In this document: positions 49,661 through 62,800 of the stretch, in pieces | Layout: each line of letters starts with the position of its first letter | Numbering within the stretch: the stretch's first letter is position 1 | DNA from: Phallusia mammillata | Lineage: Eukaryota | Direction: 5' to 3' | Assembly (NCBI GenBank): GCA_965637545.1 | Contig: OZ281499.1 | Location: 8,370,001-8,434,000 of the forward strand | DNA: 64,000 bases | Notes under the pieces: model-generated | What the model saw: the letters and a program-made list of their open reading frames with translations, nothing else | Database searches by the model: none | Told to the model about the DNA's origin: nothing | Translations under genes and position numbers: made by a program

Positions 49661-51436
49661 ATAGTCAACCACCACAAAGTTATACAAGATCTTGAAATTG
49701 ACTTTCGCAAAAGAGAGTAGGTGTTTTTTTGTCTTATACACATGCAAGAAAACGCTTTTACCTTGCTCATTGTTAAGTATGCAGTTTTTTGTCCACCATA
49801 ACAGGGACACAATCCTTTAAAGTATTATTATCAACCTTTTATCAAAAGCAGTGTTTAAATTACTTTAGAGTTTAGGGCAGTTATCTCTTTCAAGATATTC
49901 CAATCGTAACGAAAATTCTATTCCGGTCTTTACTGGATAAGATGATTTTTTCTAAACCCCTTGTTACGTTACGATTGACTATTAGATTATCCATACAAGG
50001 ACCATGAAACTAATGAAAGTTAAGGCTGTTTTTAAAAAACCTAAACAATCATATACAGTTTATATAATATAGATTATGCCTGAATTGGTCTTCACCATGG
50101 GCGCAAGAACTATTCATAAGGGATGTAAAGTTTCTGAATCGTGTCGGGGATTATTGATAGCAACAATTCCTGTTCAAAAAACAACAACACTTGCATTATA
50201 AAACGGTGTTTTGGTGTAAAGTAAATTTAATTATATGTACCAGAATAATGCACCTAGCGAAGATAATAGATTAATACGCTAAGCAGTTTACCACAAAAGA
50301 CTACGTTGAAGCAAAATTAGGTTAACGACTGAATTACATTCTATAACGATATTTTTTTAATGCGGCGTTGATTTATGCACGGGCTTATTGCTAAATAGAG
50401 TCTATTTCAAGCGGCATATCAACCTTTAAAGCCTAAATAATGGGGTTAGTTGGTATTCAGGCGTATAGTGATTAAGTATTGAACGCCCTACGAAAAACGT
50501 CACGCATTATTTCGTACACAAATACAAAAAAATGCAAACAGGTGTATCAACGAAGGGTAAGGCGGAACCACTAAATTGCTATTTTCATATGTTATTCAAA
50601 CCCTTAATTAATTTATTATGGACAACTACCTTTTTTCCCCAACCTAATTTAATTACTTCCTGCTTCATATGAATTCTTTAGCGCGCCGTACTATTCGGCC
50701 AAGTTTCTGCCCCACCCAAAACCTAATTTGATTATTTCCCGTTCATATGACCTGTTTTGAGCACTGTGTGTGACCCAACGAAAACATTCCACGTATCCAC
50801 TTTATGCAGTTGCCAGGGTTGTGCCGTGTTGACAGATTTGCACACAAGAAATAAGTTTTTTTAGAAATGGGCTATTTGTGCGTTATTTGTACACTCGTGA
50901 TGTTTTGTACAGTTACAATTCTGCTGCGTAAAATTTTTTGATTTAACATATTTTTTAGATTTATAATAATTAGAAAAAGTACAGTTGTTTAAACTTTCAA
51001 GAATGGTAAAAAAATTGATCGCGTGTTTTTTGGTCTTCCTTTCTACCACCCAGCTTATTCTGTGTATTTTGGCGCTTGTACTTCCAAACGTGATCGTGGG
51101 AGATATAACCAAGTAAATATATTGGCTAAAACTGAAACGGTTTTATAAATGCCTTATATTTGTTTCGTTTATTCTTTTGTTATATTTAAACTTTAAACCT
51201 AATTTTAGAATCAATTAGCTTAAAAACTTTAGTTTTGCTGCATGTAGATCTTGGTGTTGACTTGTTTTTAGTTGGTTTTTATCATTATTTGCACTGATAG
51301 ATATATGATGCGTAAGATTTTATTGTACCTGCTAACACATACGGTTATTTACCTTAATTCTATACTATTTTTCATGTATAAGCAAGGTTGGCAAAAGAAA
51401 TTTCTAACAAAGACGCATTCGTTTCATTTGTTTCAG

Positions 51437-52896
51437 AGAGGAAGCGGAAAACTTCATGGAAGACTCGCACGAAAGAGTTTTAAATCCAAATGAGATAGTT
51501 CATGCGATCATTGGATATTTCAAAAGCTACATAAACGGAAATAGGGATGACAGCAACAGGGAAGGTAAAAACAATTACATTGTCGCACAAGAACTGTGGT
51601 AGACTGAATCAGGGTTTTTGCGCCTAGTAAGCATGCATCTAAACCAGGGTTGAAAGTGGACTTAAAAGTGGGTCCGAATCTAGGACAAGTCATAAACTAT
51701 GACCGAGCCTGGTTACTACATGGTCTGAAATAGACCAAAAGTGAAATTTTTACCTTAAAATTTACGATCAAAATATAGCCAACGCTGACGTCATTTAAGT
51801 CCGAATGAACATCATTTTATTTACACTAACGCCTTACAACCTCAGCCGACCGGAAAGGTCCGAGCATACTTTACAACTCTGGGGTGAATACATTTGGCAA
51901 ATTTTTGGCATGCTACTATGTCAAAAAAATAAGCAACGATCGATGAATAAGCAAATAGCAAAAGAGCGATTAATATTGACTTATTTTTAGGCTTGGTGGG
52001 TGTTTATGGATTTTCCGTTCTGTCAGCTGCGTCTGCTTTTTTCACTTTGATTTTCTCTATTCAACTCTTTTGCAAATGTGACTCCTACAAATGCGGAGAG
52101 TGTTCGAAATGGGCTAGCGCCAAGCTTCGGCAAATTGCCTTGACAAACTTTTCCTCGGGTAAGCATAGTTGTCGTTCACAGCTGGCTGATTGATTTATTT
52201 TTAAGATCTTATCTCTCAAATAAATAAAGATAAACATATCTATACTTTAGGGGGGCGAATATTATGAACAACTAATTGGGGCTAAAGAAACATGAAGTAC
52301 TTTCGAAAAAAGTTTTTTAACTTGTTGAGTTACGATTTTTTGTGTATTTCAAATTTAGCATTTTGAATATGGCTAAAACGCCTGACCCATGTACAGACAT
52401 AAAAAACCTAAACGGGATTCGTCCCCGGGAGTGTCCTGGGTTCGAACCCCGTGAAAAAATATTGATGTTACTGCTGCACATGACAAGCTGCAAAGAACAT
52501 GAAAACGCAAATGTGAGAAAGTATGCCCGAATATTTCGTGCGTAATCCGCAACTAAGTTTAGTAGCATTTATAATTTTAAAGAACCCTTAATTTCACATA
52601 TTCGTGCAGTATATGACGTCAGTAAGTTTTTACCAAGAAAATCAAGTTACCGGCATGCAATGTTTGAAACAAAACACAACAGTGCTACAATTAGTAATCT
52701 ATATACCGCGCGTTAAATGTCGTATTGTTTTCAAGGTGTTTCGAGTGTTGCTGTTGCTGCCATGACAGCTTTTTCTGCCGAAGACTTGGAAGGTGCACAC
52801 TTTGGAGGAAACTTTTACATTCAGAGTTTTGGTGCCATCAATTCCTTCGTTATTTTTGCTGCTAAATGTTGCATCAAAGATGAAGATGATGACTAA
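51437..52896 (+). CDS. 3' exons of a divergent multi-pass membrane protein, claudin/PMP22-like, copy 1 (5' end unresolved)
   Basis: Exons 51437-51564, 51991-52158, 52736-52896 have good GT-AG sites and matching phases. They give ...REGLVGVYGFSVLSAASAFFTLIFSIQLF-CKCDSYKCGEC-SKWASAKLRQIALTNFSSGVSSVAVAAMTAF-SAEDLEGAHFGGNFYIQSFGAINSFVIFAAKCCIKDEDDD*. Candidate upstream exons are 49490-49528 and 50865-50927. Confidence 0.65.
52379..52460 (+). mobile_element. tRNA-derived SINE-like copy 3, 5'-truncated (duplicated at 57368-57449)
   Basis: CCTGACCCATGTACAGACATAAAAAACC...GGGATTCGTCCCCGGGAGTGTCCTGGGTTCGAACCCCGTGAAAAAAT. Confidence 0.6.
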
Positions 52897-55800
52897 TGAA
52901 CGCACTTTAGAGTGGCATTTTAGAGTGGATTGATTCCAAAGATGACACAAAACATATTTCAGAGTAGTGTAGTTTCTGAAAATGACAATAACATTATCTA
53001 TCGTACACCTATTGTCAGTTTTCTGTGATTTTGTATGTAGTGTTGCGTAACATCAGCTAACATTCTGTAGATTGTAATAATATTTACTAAACTAACCTGA
53101 CTTACATAGCATATTCAAATGCATGGCATATAAACTTGTCTTTACACCGGGCACTGTTAATTAAAATTAGAAATAGTAATTAGTACGCATTATGACACAC
53201 ATAATAACCGTCGAACACACTTATTGTTTATTCGATCATCATCTATCTCATCAACCTTTGCTAAGACAAGTTTTCAGCCAGGCCTAACCCCATAGCGGAG
53301 TTTGTTGGATGTCGGTGCGTAATAGTGGTAAAGTTTGCGTGTAGCATCAAAAATGTCTGCTCATTAAATTTATGTTTTCAGTTTAGCAATAAACTTCAAA
53401 AAAATATTTGTGCACACTTGCCCTATTTATACATTATGAATATTTATACCATTTTAAAGCCAAAACATAAAGAATTTACTGTGGCAACATTTTTGTGTGT
53501 CTAATAGTAATTTGTGGAAGCGTCTTAAAACAATAACCAAAAGTACACAAGTCGTATGTTTTATAGAATTTCACATGATAACAAACTTAAAATTTGAACA
53601 GCTCAAGTTGTATTAAAATGCATTTAATACTACTACATTACGTTGCAAGTATCGGTAAACACAAGATACTTGACGCCGTATTTACATGTAGCACTTGCAG
53701 CAAACAAGCTAAACCATTGGATTCCAACGCTACAATTGCTAATGTTTCTGTTTACATTTTGTTTTTAGTAATCGCTCATTCTCACTTCCCTTTTCGAATT
53801 AGTCACACACGATATGCAGTGGAAAAAAACATTTGTTTTGTCAGATACAAATTGGGATCTGCTTCATACTTAGCTGAGTTAACAATACCTAAAAGTGACA
53901 ATACACCGCTCTCATTTCTCTGCGTTTGAGGGTAAGTCCTTATTTACCTTGGCTCCGGAATATTTTGTTTAGGTGTTAAAATATCTAGGGAAAATTCAAT
54001 TACATGGTTGTTTATTTTGTTCAAATGCAATCATCTGAGCAAATGCCAATATGACCCCTAACCACGGCTATGGAAATTGAATAAAGCAAGTTTGCAAAGT
54101 AAATGCATGTAACCACATTTGGAATAATAGAGGCGAAAATTATCTTGTTTCAGGTGATTTACTGCTAAATTCGCAATAATTTTTGAACAATTATATTGCA
54201 CTGTATTGAAGGTTACACTTTTTTAACATTTCGGTTATTGACTCTTTAAAAGCGAGTGCATACAGCAGCAAAGACTGCGTCAGTTTAGTTTCACCGCTGA
54301 CGCTGCGCACCGACGAAAATAACAGTTACACACACTGGTAGTTATAAAGAACGTGGATTAATCACAACCATTCAACAGCGTTTTTCAAACGGGGGTCATC
54401 GGTCTTTTAAGGATCCGCCACTTGATTTGAGGGACCGTAAGGAGCTTGAAGTATTTCTACAATCTTATGTAATTTCAGTTCTTGGCAAGATCATCTTGCG
54501 GATTCCTCAGACGCCAAGTCTGATTATTCAACCACCAGGGCAGGAACTTGGCCGAATCGTCTGGCGCGCCTGACCCACATACAGACATAAAAAACCTTAA
54601 TCGGGATTCTTCCCCGGGAGTGTCCTGGGTTCGAACCCCTTGAAAAAATATAGTCAACCACCACAAAGTTATACAAGATCTTGAAATTGACTTTCGCAAA
54701 AGAGAGTAGGTGTTTTTTTGTCTTATACACATGCAAGAAAACGCTTTTACCTTGCTCATTGTTAAGTATGCAGTTTTTTGTCCACCATAACAGGGACACA
54801 ATCCTTTAAAGTATTATTATCAACCTTTTATCAAAAGCAGTGTTTAAATTACTTTAGAGTTTAGGGCAGTTATCTCTTTCAAGATATTCCAATCGTAACG
54901 AAAATTCTATTCCGGTCTTTACTGGATAAGATGATTTTTTCTAAACCCCTTGTTACGTTACGATTGACTATTAGATTATCCATACAAGGACCATGAAACT
55001 AATGAAAGTTAAGGCTGTTTTTAAAAAACCTAAACAATCATATACAGTTTATATAATATAGATTATGCCTGAATTGGTCTTCACCATGGGCGCAAGAACT
55101 ATTCATAAGGGATGTAAAGTTTCTGAATCGTGTCGGGGATTATTGATAGCAACAATTCCTGTTCAAAAAACAACAACACTTGCATTATAAAACGGTGTTT
55201 TGGTGTAAAGTAAATTTAATTATATGTACCAGAATAATGCACCTAGCGAAGATAATAGATTAATACGCTAAGCAGTTTACCACAAAAGACTACGTTGAAG
55301 CAAAATTAGGTTAACGACTGAATTACATTCTATAACGATATTTTTTTAATGCGGCGTTGATTTATGCACGGGCTTATTGCTAAATAGAGTCTATTTCAAG
55401 CGGCATATCAACCTTTAAAGCCTAAATAATGGGGTTAGTTGGTATTCAGGCGTATAGTGATTAAGTATTGAACGCCCTACGAAAAACGTCACGCATTATT
55501 TCGTACACAAATACAAAAAAATGCAAACAGGTGTATCAACGAAGGGTAAGGCGGAACCACTAAATTGCTATTTTCATATGTTATTCAAACCCTTAATTAA
55601 TTTATTATGGACAACTACCTTTTTTCCCCAACCTAATTTAATTACTTCCTGCTGCATATGAATTCTTTAGCGCGCCGTACTATTCGGCCAAGTTTCTGCC
55701 CCACCCAAAACCTAATTTGATTATTTCCCGTTCATATGACCTGTTTTGAGCACTGTGTGTGACCCAACGAAAACATTCCACGTATCCACTTTATGCAGTT

Positions 55801-56425
55801 GCCAGGGTTGTGCCGTGTTGACAGATTTGCACACAAGAAATAAGTTTTTTTAGAAATGGGCTATTTGTGCGTTATTTGTACACTCGTGATGTTTTGTACA
55901 GTTACAATTCTGCTGCGTAAAATTTTTTGATTTAACATATTTTTTAGATTTATAATAATTAGAAAAAGTACAGTTGTTTAAACTTTCAAGAATGGTAAAA
56001 AAATTGATCGCGTGTTTTTTGGTCTTCCTTTCTACCACCCAGCTTATTCTGTGTATTTTGGCGCTTGTACTTCCAAACGTGATCGTGGGAGATATAACCA
56101 AGTAAATATATTGGCTAAAACTGAAACGGTTTTATAAATGCCTTATATTTGTTTCGTTTATTCTTTTGTTATATTTAAACTTTAAACCTAATTTTAGAAT
56201 CAATTAGCTTAAAAACTTTAGTTTTGCTGCATGTAGATCTTGGTGTTGACTTGTTTTTAGTTGGTTTTTATCATTATTTGCACTGATAGATATATGATGC
56301 GTAAGATTTTATTGTACCTGCTAACACATACGGTTATTTACCTTAATTCTATACTATTTTTCATGTATAAGCAAGGTTGGCAAAAGAAATTTCTAACAAA
56401 GACGCATTCGTTTCATTTGTTTCAG

Positions 56426-57885
56426 AGAGGAAGCGGAAAACTTCATGGAAGACTCGCACGAAAGAGTTTTAAATCCAAATGAGATAGTTCATGCGATCAT
56501 TGGATATTTCAAAAGCTACATAAACGGAAATAGGGATGACAGCAACAGGGAAGGTAAAAACAATTACATTGTCGCACAAGAACTGTGGTAGACTGAATCA
56601 GGGTTTTTGCGCCTAGTAAGCATGCATCTAAACCAGGGTTGAAAGTGGACTTAAAAGTGGGTCCGAATCTAGGACAAGTCATAAACTATGACCGAGCCTG
56701 GTTACTACATGGTCTGAAATAGACCAAAAGTGAAATTTTTACCTTAAAATTTACGATCAAAATATAGCCAACGCTGACGTCATTTAAGTCCGAATGAACA
56801 TCATTTTATTTACACTAACGCCTTACAACCTCAGCCGACCGGAAAGGTCCGAGCATACTTTACAACTCTGGGGTGAATACATTTGGCAAATTTTTGGCAT
56901 GCTACTATGTCAAAAAAATAAGCAACGATCGATGAATAAGCAAATAGCAAAAGAGCGATTAATATTGACTTATTTTTAGGCTTGGTGGGTGTTTATGGAT
57001 TTTCCGTTCTGTCAGCTGCGTCTGCTTTTTTCACTTTGATTTTCTCTATTCAACTCTTTTGCAAATGTGACTCCTACAAATGCGGAGAGTGTTCGAAATG
57101 GGCTAGCGCCAAGCTTCGGCAAATTGCCTTGACAAACTTTTCCTCGGGTAAGCATAGTTGTCGTTCACAGCTGGCTGATTGATTTATTTTTAAGATCTTA
57201 TCTCTCAAATAAATAAAGATAAACATATCTATACTTTAGGGGGGCGAATATTATGAACAACTAATTGGGGCTAAAGAAACATGAAGTACTTTCGAAAAAA
57301 GTTTTTTAACTTGTTGAGTTACGATTTTTTGTGTATTTCAAATTTAGCATTTTGAATATGGCTAAAACGCCTGACCCATATACAGACATAAAAAACCTAA
57401 ACGGGATTCGTCCCCGGGAGTGTCCTGGGTTCGAACCCCGTGAAAAAATATTGATGTTACTGCTGCACATGACAAGCTGCAAAGAACATGAAAACGCAAA
57501 TGTGAGAAAGTATGCCCGAATATTTCGTGCGTAATCCGCAACTAAGTTTAGTAGCATTTATAATTTTAAAGAACCCTTAATTTCACATATTCGTGCAGTA
57601 TATGACGTCAGTAAGTTTTTACCAAGAAAATCAAGTTACCGGCATGCAATGTTTGAAACAAAACACAACAGTGCTACAATTAGTAATCTATATACCGCGC
57701 GTTAAATGTCGTATTGTTTTCAAGGTGTTTCGAGTGTTGCTGTTGCTGCCATGACAGCTTTTTCTGCCGAAGACTTGGAAGGTGCACACTTTGGAGGAAA
57801 CTTTTACATTCAGAGTTTTGGTGCCATCAATTCCTTCGTTATTTTTGCTGCTAAATGTTGCATCAAAGATGAAGATGATGACTAA
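56426..57885 (+). CDS. Claudin/PMP22-like protein 3' exons, copy 2
   Basis: Exons 56426-56553, 56980-57147, 57725-57885; no coding difference from copy 1 seen. Confidence 0.6.
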
Positions 57886-59124
57886 TGAACGCACTTTAGA
57901 GTGGCATTTTAGAGTGGATTGATTCCAAAGATGACACAAAACATATTTCAGAGTAGTGTAGTTTCTGAAAATGACAATAACATTATCTATCGTACACCTA
58001 TTGTCAGTTTTCTGTGATTTTGTATGTAGTGTTGCGTAACATCAGCTAACATTCTGTAGATTGTAATAATATTTACTAAACTAACCTGACTTACATAGCA
58101 TATTCAAATGCATGGCATATAAACTTGTCTTTACACCGGGCACTGTTAATTAAAATTAGAAATAGTAATTAGTACGCATTATGACACACATAATAACCGT
58201 CGAACACACTTATTGTTTATTCGATCATCATCTATCTCATCAACCTTTGCTAAGACAAGTTTTCAGCCAGGCCTAACCCCATAGCGGAGTTTGTTGGATG
58301 TCGGTGCGTAATAGTGGTAAAGTTTGCGTGTAGCATCAAAAATGTCTGCTCATTAAATTTATGTTTTCAGTTTAGCAATAAACTTCAAAAAAATATTTGT
58401 GCACACTTGCCCTATTTATACATTATGAATATTTATACCATTTTAAAGCCAAAACATAAAGAATTTACTGTGGCAACATTTTTGTGTGTCTAATAGTAAT
58501 TTGTGGAAGCGTCTTAAAACAATAACCAAAAGTACACAAGTCGTATGTTTTATAGAATTTCACATGATAACAAACTTAAAATTTGAACAGCTCAAGTTGT
58601 ATTAAAATGCATTTAATACTACTACATTACGTTGCAAGGCATAGATAATCGCTGGCCCGAGGTTGGTGACGGCGATATGCCTAAAAGAGCATGGACAGAG
58701 TTTAAAGCTCACACAAAGGGAAGGAAAATATGGCTGAGGAGTATTAAGTGCGATTATAATAGTAATAAAAAGAGTGTTTGACAACACCCCTAAAACTACA
58801 AGTATAACACAACAGTTATAATGCACCCCGTTGAGAACCTGATGTAGGTTAAATGATTTGAGTTACAGGTGTTAGTTGTGAAACTATTTTAAAATACCAA
58901 ATTAGAGTAAAAAGTAGCCAAAAGACCAACCATTTTGGAATTAATTTTAACAAAATCGATTGGTCTTGTATTATGGGGTTCGAAAACAATTTATTTAACA
59001 AAACTAAACAACTGTAACACACGCAAAAACACGCAAAAAATGTTTCACACAACATAATAAAGTGTCATTTATGCTATAGTAGCCCTGTTTCCCATTCTGT
59101 CGCGGTCAGTGTCAAGTGAAGTAG

Positions 59125-60218
59125 TTACTTGGAATGTGCCTGCAACCAATTAGCTCGCAGTACTAAAGTTCCATCCCGTTTTAGCTGTGACGTCACACTC
59201 GTGGCATCAACGTTAGAAGGCAGCTGACATCTGCAAGTATAGGTTACCAGTTAATACTCAGTTTCCGTTATTGTTGTGACTCGTCAATGGTATGACTGAG
59301 TCAAGACTAATCCCAATGATAAACAATTCGGATTTTTTCATGCAACTTTTCCATACCAAAGGCAAAATAAATCATTATTGTCGGGCAACAAAAGCGGCAA
59401 ATAACAATCCAGCATACTAGTTATTCCTTCTTTTTTTAAGAAAAACGTTTCCTAAATCTTTTGTCTACAGCAGTGATTCTCAAACGCGGCTCTCAGGGCC
59501 GCATGCGGCTCCCGACTACTTATTTTGCGGCTCCCACCAAATCTCAGAAAACCACCAAAGATTGCTATTTTAGCTTTCATGGTAATAATCTATCGTAAAT
59601 TTCTCAAGTTTTGTTTTTTTCGGCTCCCTGCACACTTAAAAAACTACCATTTGGCCACGACAATAAAAAAGTTTGAGAACCACTGGTCTACAGTGGTTTT
59701 TGTTTCGACCACGGCAACTGTTACATTATGTTTGATGACATTTGTGGTTACAAACCATCTCTGAATTTTTGTTTTAAAAGTTTTAAATTTTCTCCAAAGT
59801 TGAATCGTATGTACCGGAACGTTTCTGCGAACTTGATTTTAATAGTCTTATTTGGAAGATAACCCGTTTTTGAAACTATATTTGCATATTGTGGCGTCAT
59901 TGCGGTGTTAAAAAATGTTATGACCTCGTCTAATTCAACAAGTTAAAAAAGTTCTCCCAACATTTGCAATAAATTTGGAAAATTTTACAACAACACATTT
60001 AAACAGAATATATGAAGTTTTGTGACACCATCTAACAAAAATATACCTGTGACTGAACTCGGCTTCTGTTTTTCCGTCGCCAGAAATTTTCTCAGCGTTT
60101 ACCTCCACTAATTTGTTGACAGTTTTTACAATAACGTCTTCAGGTGCGAAATCGCCAACATGAACTACCATTTCCCAGCAGCCTGTCAATCCCATCTCTT
60201 TTGCTTTAATGATATGGG
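59125..60218 (-). CDS. HSPB7: Small heat-shock protein, HSPB7-like alpha-crystallin domain (5' end uncertain)
   Basis: Exons 60218 (or ATG at 60195)-60047 and 59230-59125 give WEMVVHVGDFAPEDVIVKTVNKLVEVNAEKISGDGKTEAEFSHRCQLPSNVDATSVTSQLKRDGTLVLRA. This matches the HSPB7-specific pattern (DFSPEDIIV...EVRAEK..ADG....FAHKCQLP.DVDPTSVTS.L..DG.L.IRA) recalled from the human protein. Confidence 0.82.
59471..59685. mobile_element. hAT MITE (215 bp) in the HSPB7-like intron
   Basis: TIRs CAGTGATTCTCAAAC / GTTTGAGAACCACTG; perfect TSD GTCTACAG; CGGCTC subterminal repeats. Confidence 0.9.
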
Positions 60219-61065
60219 CTACTTATACCTTTAACACCGAAAAATGAAAAGTGGTTAAGCCACCATAGCAAACAGTAAAGAAGTGATGCATCATCAGTAC
60301 AAGTAGCCCTTCTCGTTTCCCATGGGACTAATCACGTCAAGGCTTTGCTAAAGTTTTTTTTGTTAGCGATCGTAATGACAAAAGGATTTTGTTGCAGCTG
60401 ATTTTGTTATGACTAAAAATCTACAAGTTTTTTAATTGCGAGTATTCAACATTTTGTAACAAAATTGACAACTTACTTTGGTTTTCTTTCGATTAATAGA
60501 TATCATATTAGTCAATAGCGAATAAATGTAGGTTTATTCATGCGTAATTTTTTTCTTTATTTTGTCACAAGAGGAACCAAAGTCAATGTGCTTTGTTTTG
60601 CGACTTGCGAACTGTGTTGCAGAGGGACAGCAATAGCAATTATAATTATAATTTGATATTTTTTAGTACGTTATGCAGTTTGCACAACAAATCTTTCACC
60701 ATTTTAGTCAACACTAATCTATTCTAGTTCGTTCAAGGCCAATGGGTTTCGAGTCGTTGACCTCGAGATAGTCGAGAATTGTTGATTGTTGAAAGTTAGG
60801 GAAATAAGTTGAAACATTTGCGAATTTCTTGCATAGGTCCAACGTTTTATATGTAACGTTACACGTTTGATTCGTTTTGTATGACAGGGCTCATAAAAAG
60901 ACTTGAATTGTTTACACAAGTTTTGCAAATTCTGTTCATAAAATAAGTTTAATAATAATATATTTGTTTGTTTGTTGTTTTCGTCAGTACTAGCCTGAAC
61001 ATAGGTCACATATTTCTGCCTGTTAAGGTTCCTATCTAACTACATGATTTTGCAAACATTTGCCT

Positions 61066-62800
61066 ATGGATGAATCCATTGATGAGTTTGTTATTAACAG
61101 TAAGCACCAAAAAGTCCTGGAACAGACAAAAGAACATATTGAAGAAAGATTTTCAGTTATACTTACAATTAAGCCCTCACAGGATTTTGATTTTGTTTGG
61201 ATAAAACTGAGGGGAACCATAAGATGTGTCAGCAGAAGCAAGGTAACACAAATCTATGGAACTTAATAAAAAAGAAATTTGCATGCCTTCTGTTGCTTTT
61301 AATTATGATGACAACATCACTTGTTAGAACATAGTCATGTTTTACACACAAAAACTGGCTCTGATTTTTTTGCTCAGATTATTTAAAACCGTGAATAGTG
61401 TACTAAAAAAGACATTGTATGATACCTGCATATACATGAATATTGATTTAACCTTTACCAAAACAAAAATGAAATTGAAATGGAATTTTCTGCAATTGTA
61501 TTGATTATTTGTTTCAGAAAAACATTTAATTCACATATTTGTTCTTGGGAGATTAACAACAAATTAGTATATCCTGTTTAGTAGTACAGATAGTAGAAAC
61601 CTTCATTTGAAATAAATAAAACATATAATTATTTCCATTGTTAATGTGTTGTTATAAAACATTTTTGACATATATTAGCATGAAGTCAAATTTTTGTTTG
61701 TATTTTAGACACATATTAAGGCGTTATGTAATCCAGAACATCAGGAATGCATTGACCTTGCTGACTTTCCATTATGTATCACATTGGGATTACAGGTACA
61801 ATTTAACCTAGGCAACTACTGCTTGTGCACCAAGATTGGTATGTTAGGTGGCTTTTTATTACATACAAGGTGATTTTGACCCTATATTTAAGTACAGTTT
61901 GATAGAATAAAAACTGTAAGATTGCTTGACCAGTTTGTCATGATTTATATACTACTATAAATACAGCATACAAGTACCTATGTGCCAATGTTTAAATCAG
62001 CTCATACAACCACTTACTACTAAAATGTGTTAGTACAGTAAGTTACTGCCATTTTGACACAACAAGTAATTTTAGCATGTGGTGTTTAAAAGTTTTCAAC
62101 CCCTGGTGTGATCCAATGGTATCACAAGCTTCAACGCCCTAAGTAAATAGAAATAACAGCTACTAAATCTGGTTTGATACTGATTATATTGTCTTTCAGC
62201 GCTCTTGACTCGATAGCCCATGTTTTTCAATGTTCTTGCTGGCTCTGATCAACAATGTGATAAAATGACAATGCAAATAAAATCCAACTTTACTTGATTT
62301 GACACTTAGTCATCATAAGATAGTGTTTAAAATGCTTGTTTGCGTTTTTAGAGGTTTTGGACTGATTGGATTGAGTACACATGTGGAACTGTCATCAAGC
62401 CTGGCTCAAGTGTTGGCAAGTTGTCAATCCAAGGTTCTCAGCTCAATGTCATTAAGGCAGTTTCTATTTTAATGCACCTTCAGGAGCTATGCAGTCAGGA
62501 TTACAGGGTACACATTCAATTGCAGTTACATAGCTATTGGTGTAGTTGTTAAAAAGATGACTGCCATAGCACAATACCAGCCGTAATGAAACAAATTACA
62601 TGTAAATTCTATCCAAATTGTTTATTTACTGTTTTTACTTTTATGCCTACAAATTGGACTGTTTTAATATTTATTTTATTGACATGAAATTGTAATGATT
62701 GCAGACCATGGAAACTGTCGACAAGTTTGACGAAATTGTGAACAAGTGCAAAGATCCATTCCAGAGAGATTTACTTAAACTAAAATCTGGCATAAAAAAG
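61066..62800 (+). CDS. N4BP1/KHNYN-family protein, N-terminal KH-like region (partial; continues beyond the window)
   Basis: Phase-0 exons 61066-61242, 61709-61795, 62352-62507, 62705-62800 give MDESIDEFVINSKHQKVLEQTKEHIEERFSVIL...VWIKLRG...SKTHIKALCNPE...VGKLSIQGS..NVIKA...FDEIVNKCKDPFQRDLLKLKSGIKK. This aligns by eye with the N4BP1 N-terminus (LDEF...LLEQSR..IE..F.V.L...IWLQL.G...AKEYIK.IC.PE...DLL.LP..LKK). Confidence 0.85.

Larger units (their letters stand above)
48659..58638. repeat. Direct tandem duplication of a 4,989-bp unit (48659-53647 / 53648-58636) with 2-bp AG junction microhomology
   Basis: All ORF-track entries recur at +4989. By eye I found only three substitutions (48663/53652, 50665/55654, 52391/57380). 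Confidence 0.95.

Noticed and set aside
50542-50556. 15-nt micro-exon (CAG|GTGTATCAACGAAGG|GTAAGG) and the alternative hydrophobic frame MGYLCVICTLVMFCTVTILL at 50867
   Set aside because: The micro-exon is phase-compatible but unsupported by any motif. The ATG frame does not splice in phase to the next exon. Neither can be decided without transcripts.
58602-58826. Minus-strand hydrophobic ORF resembling a first transmembrane helix
   Set aside because: GTG start, wrong strand for the claudin-like exons, and no flanking splice sites linking it to a gene.
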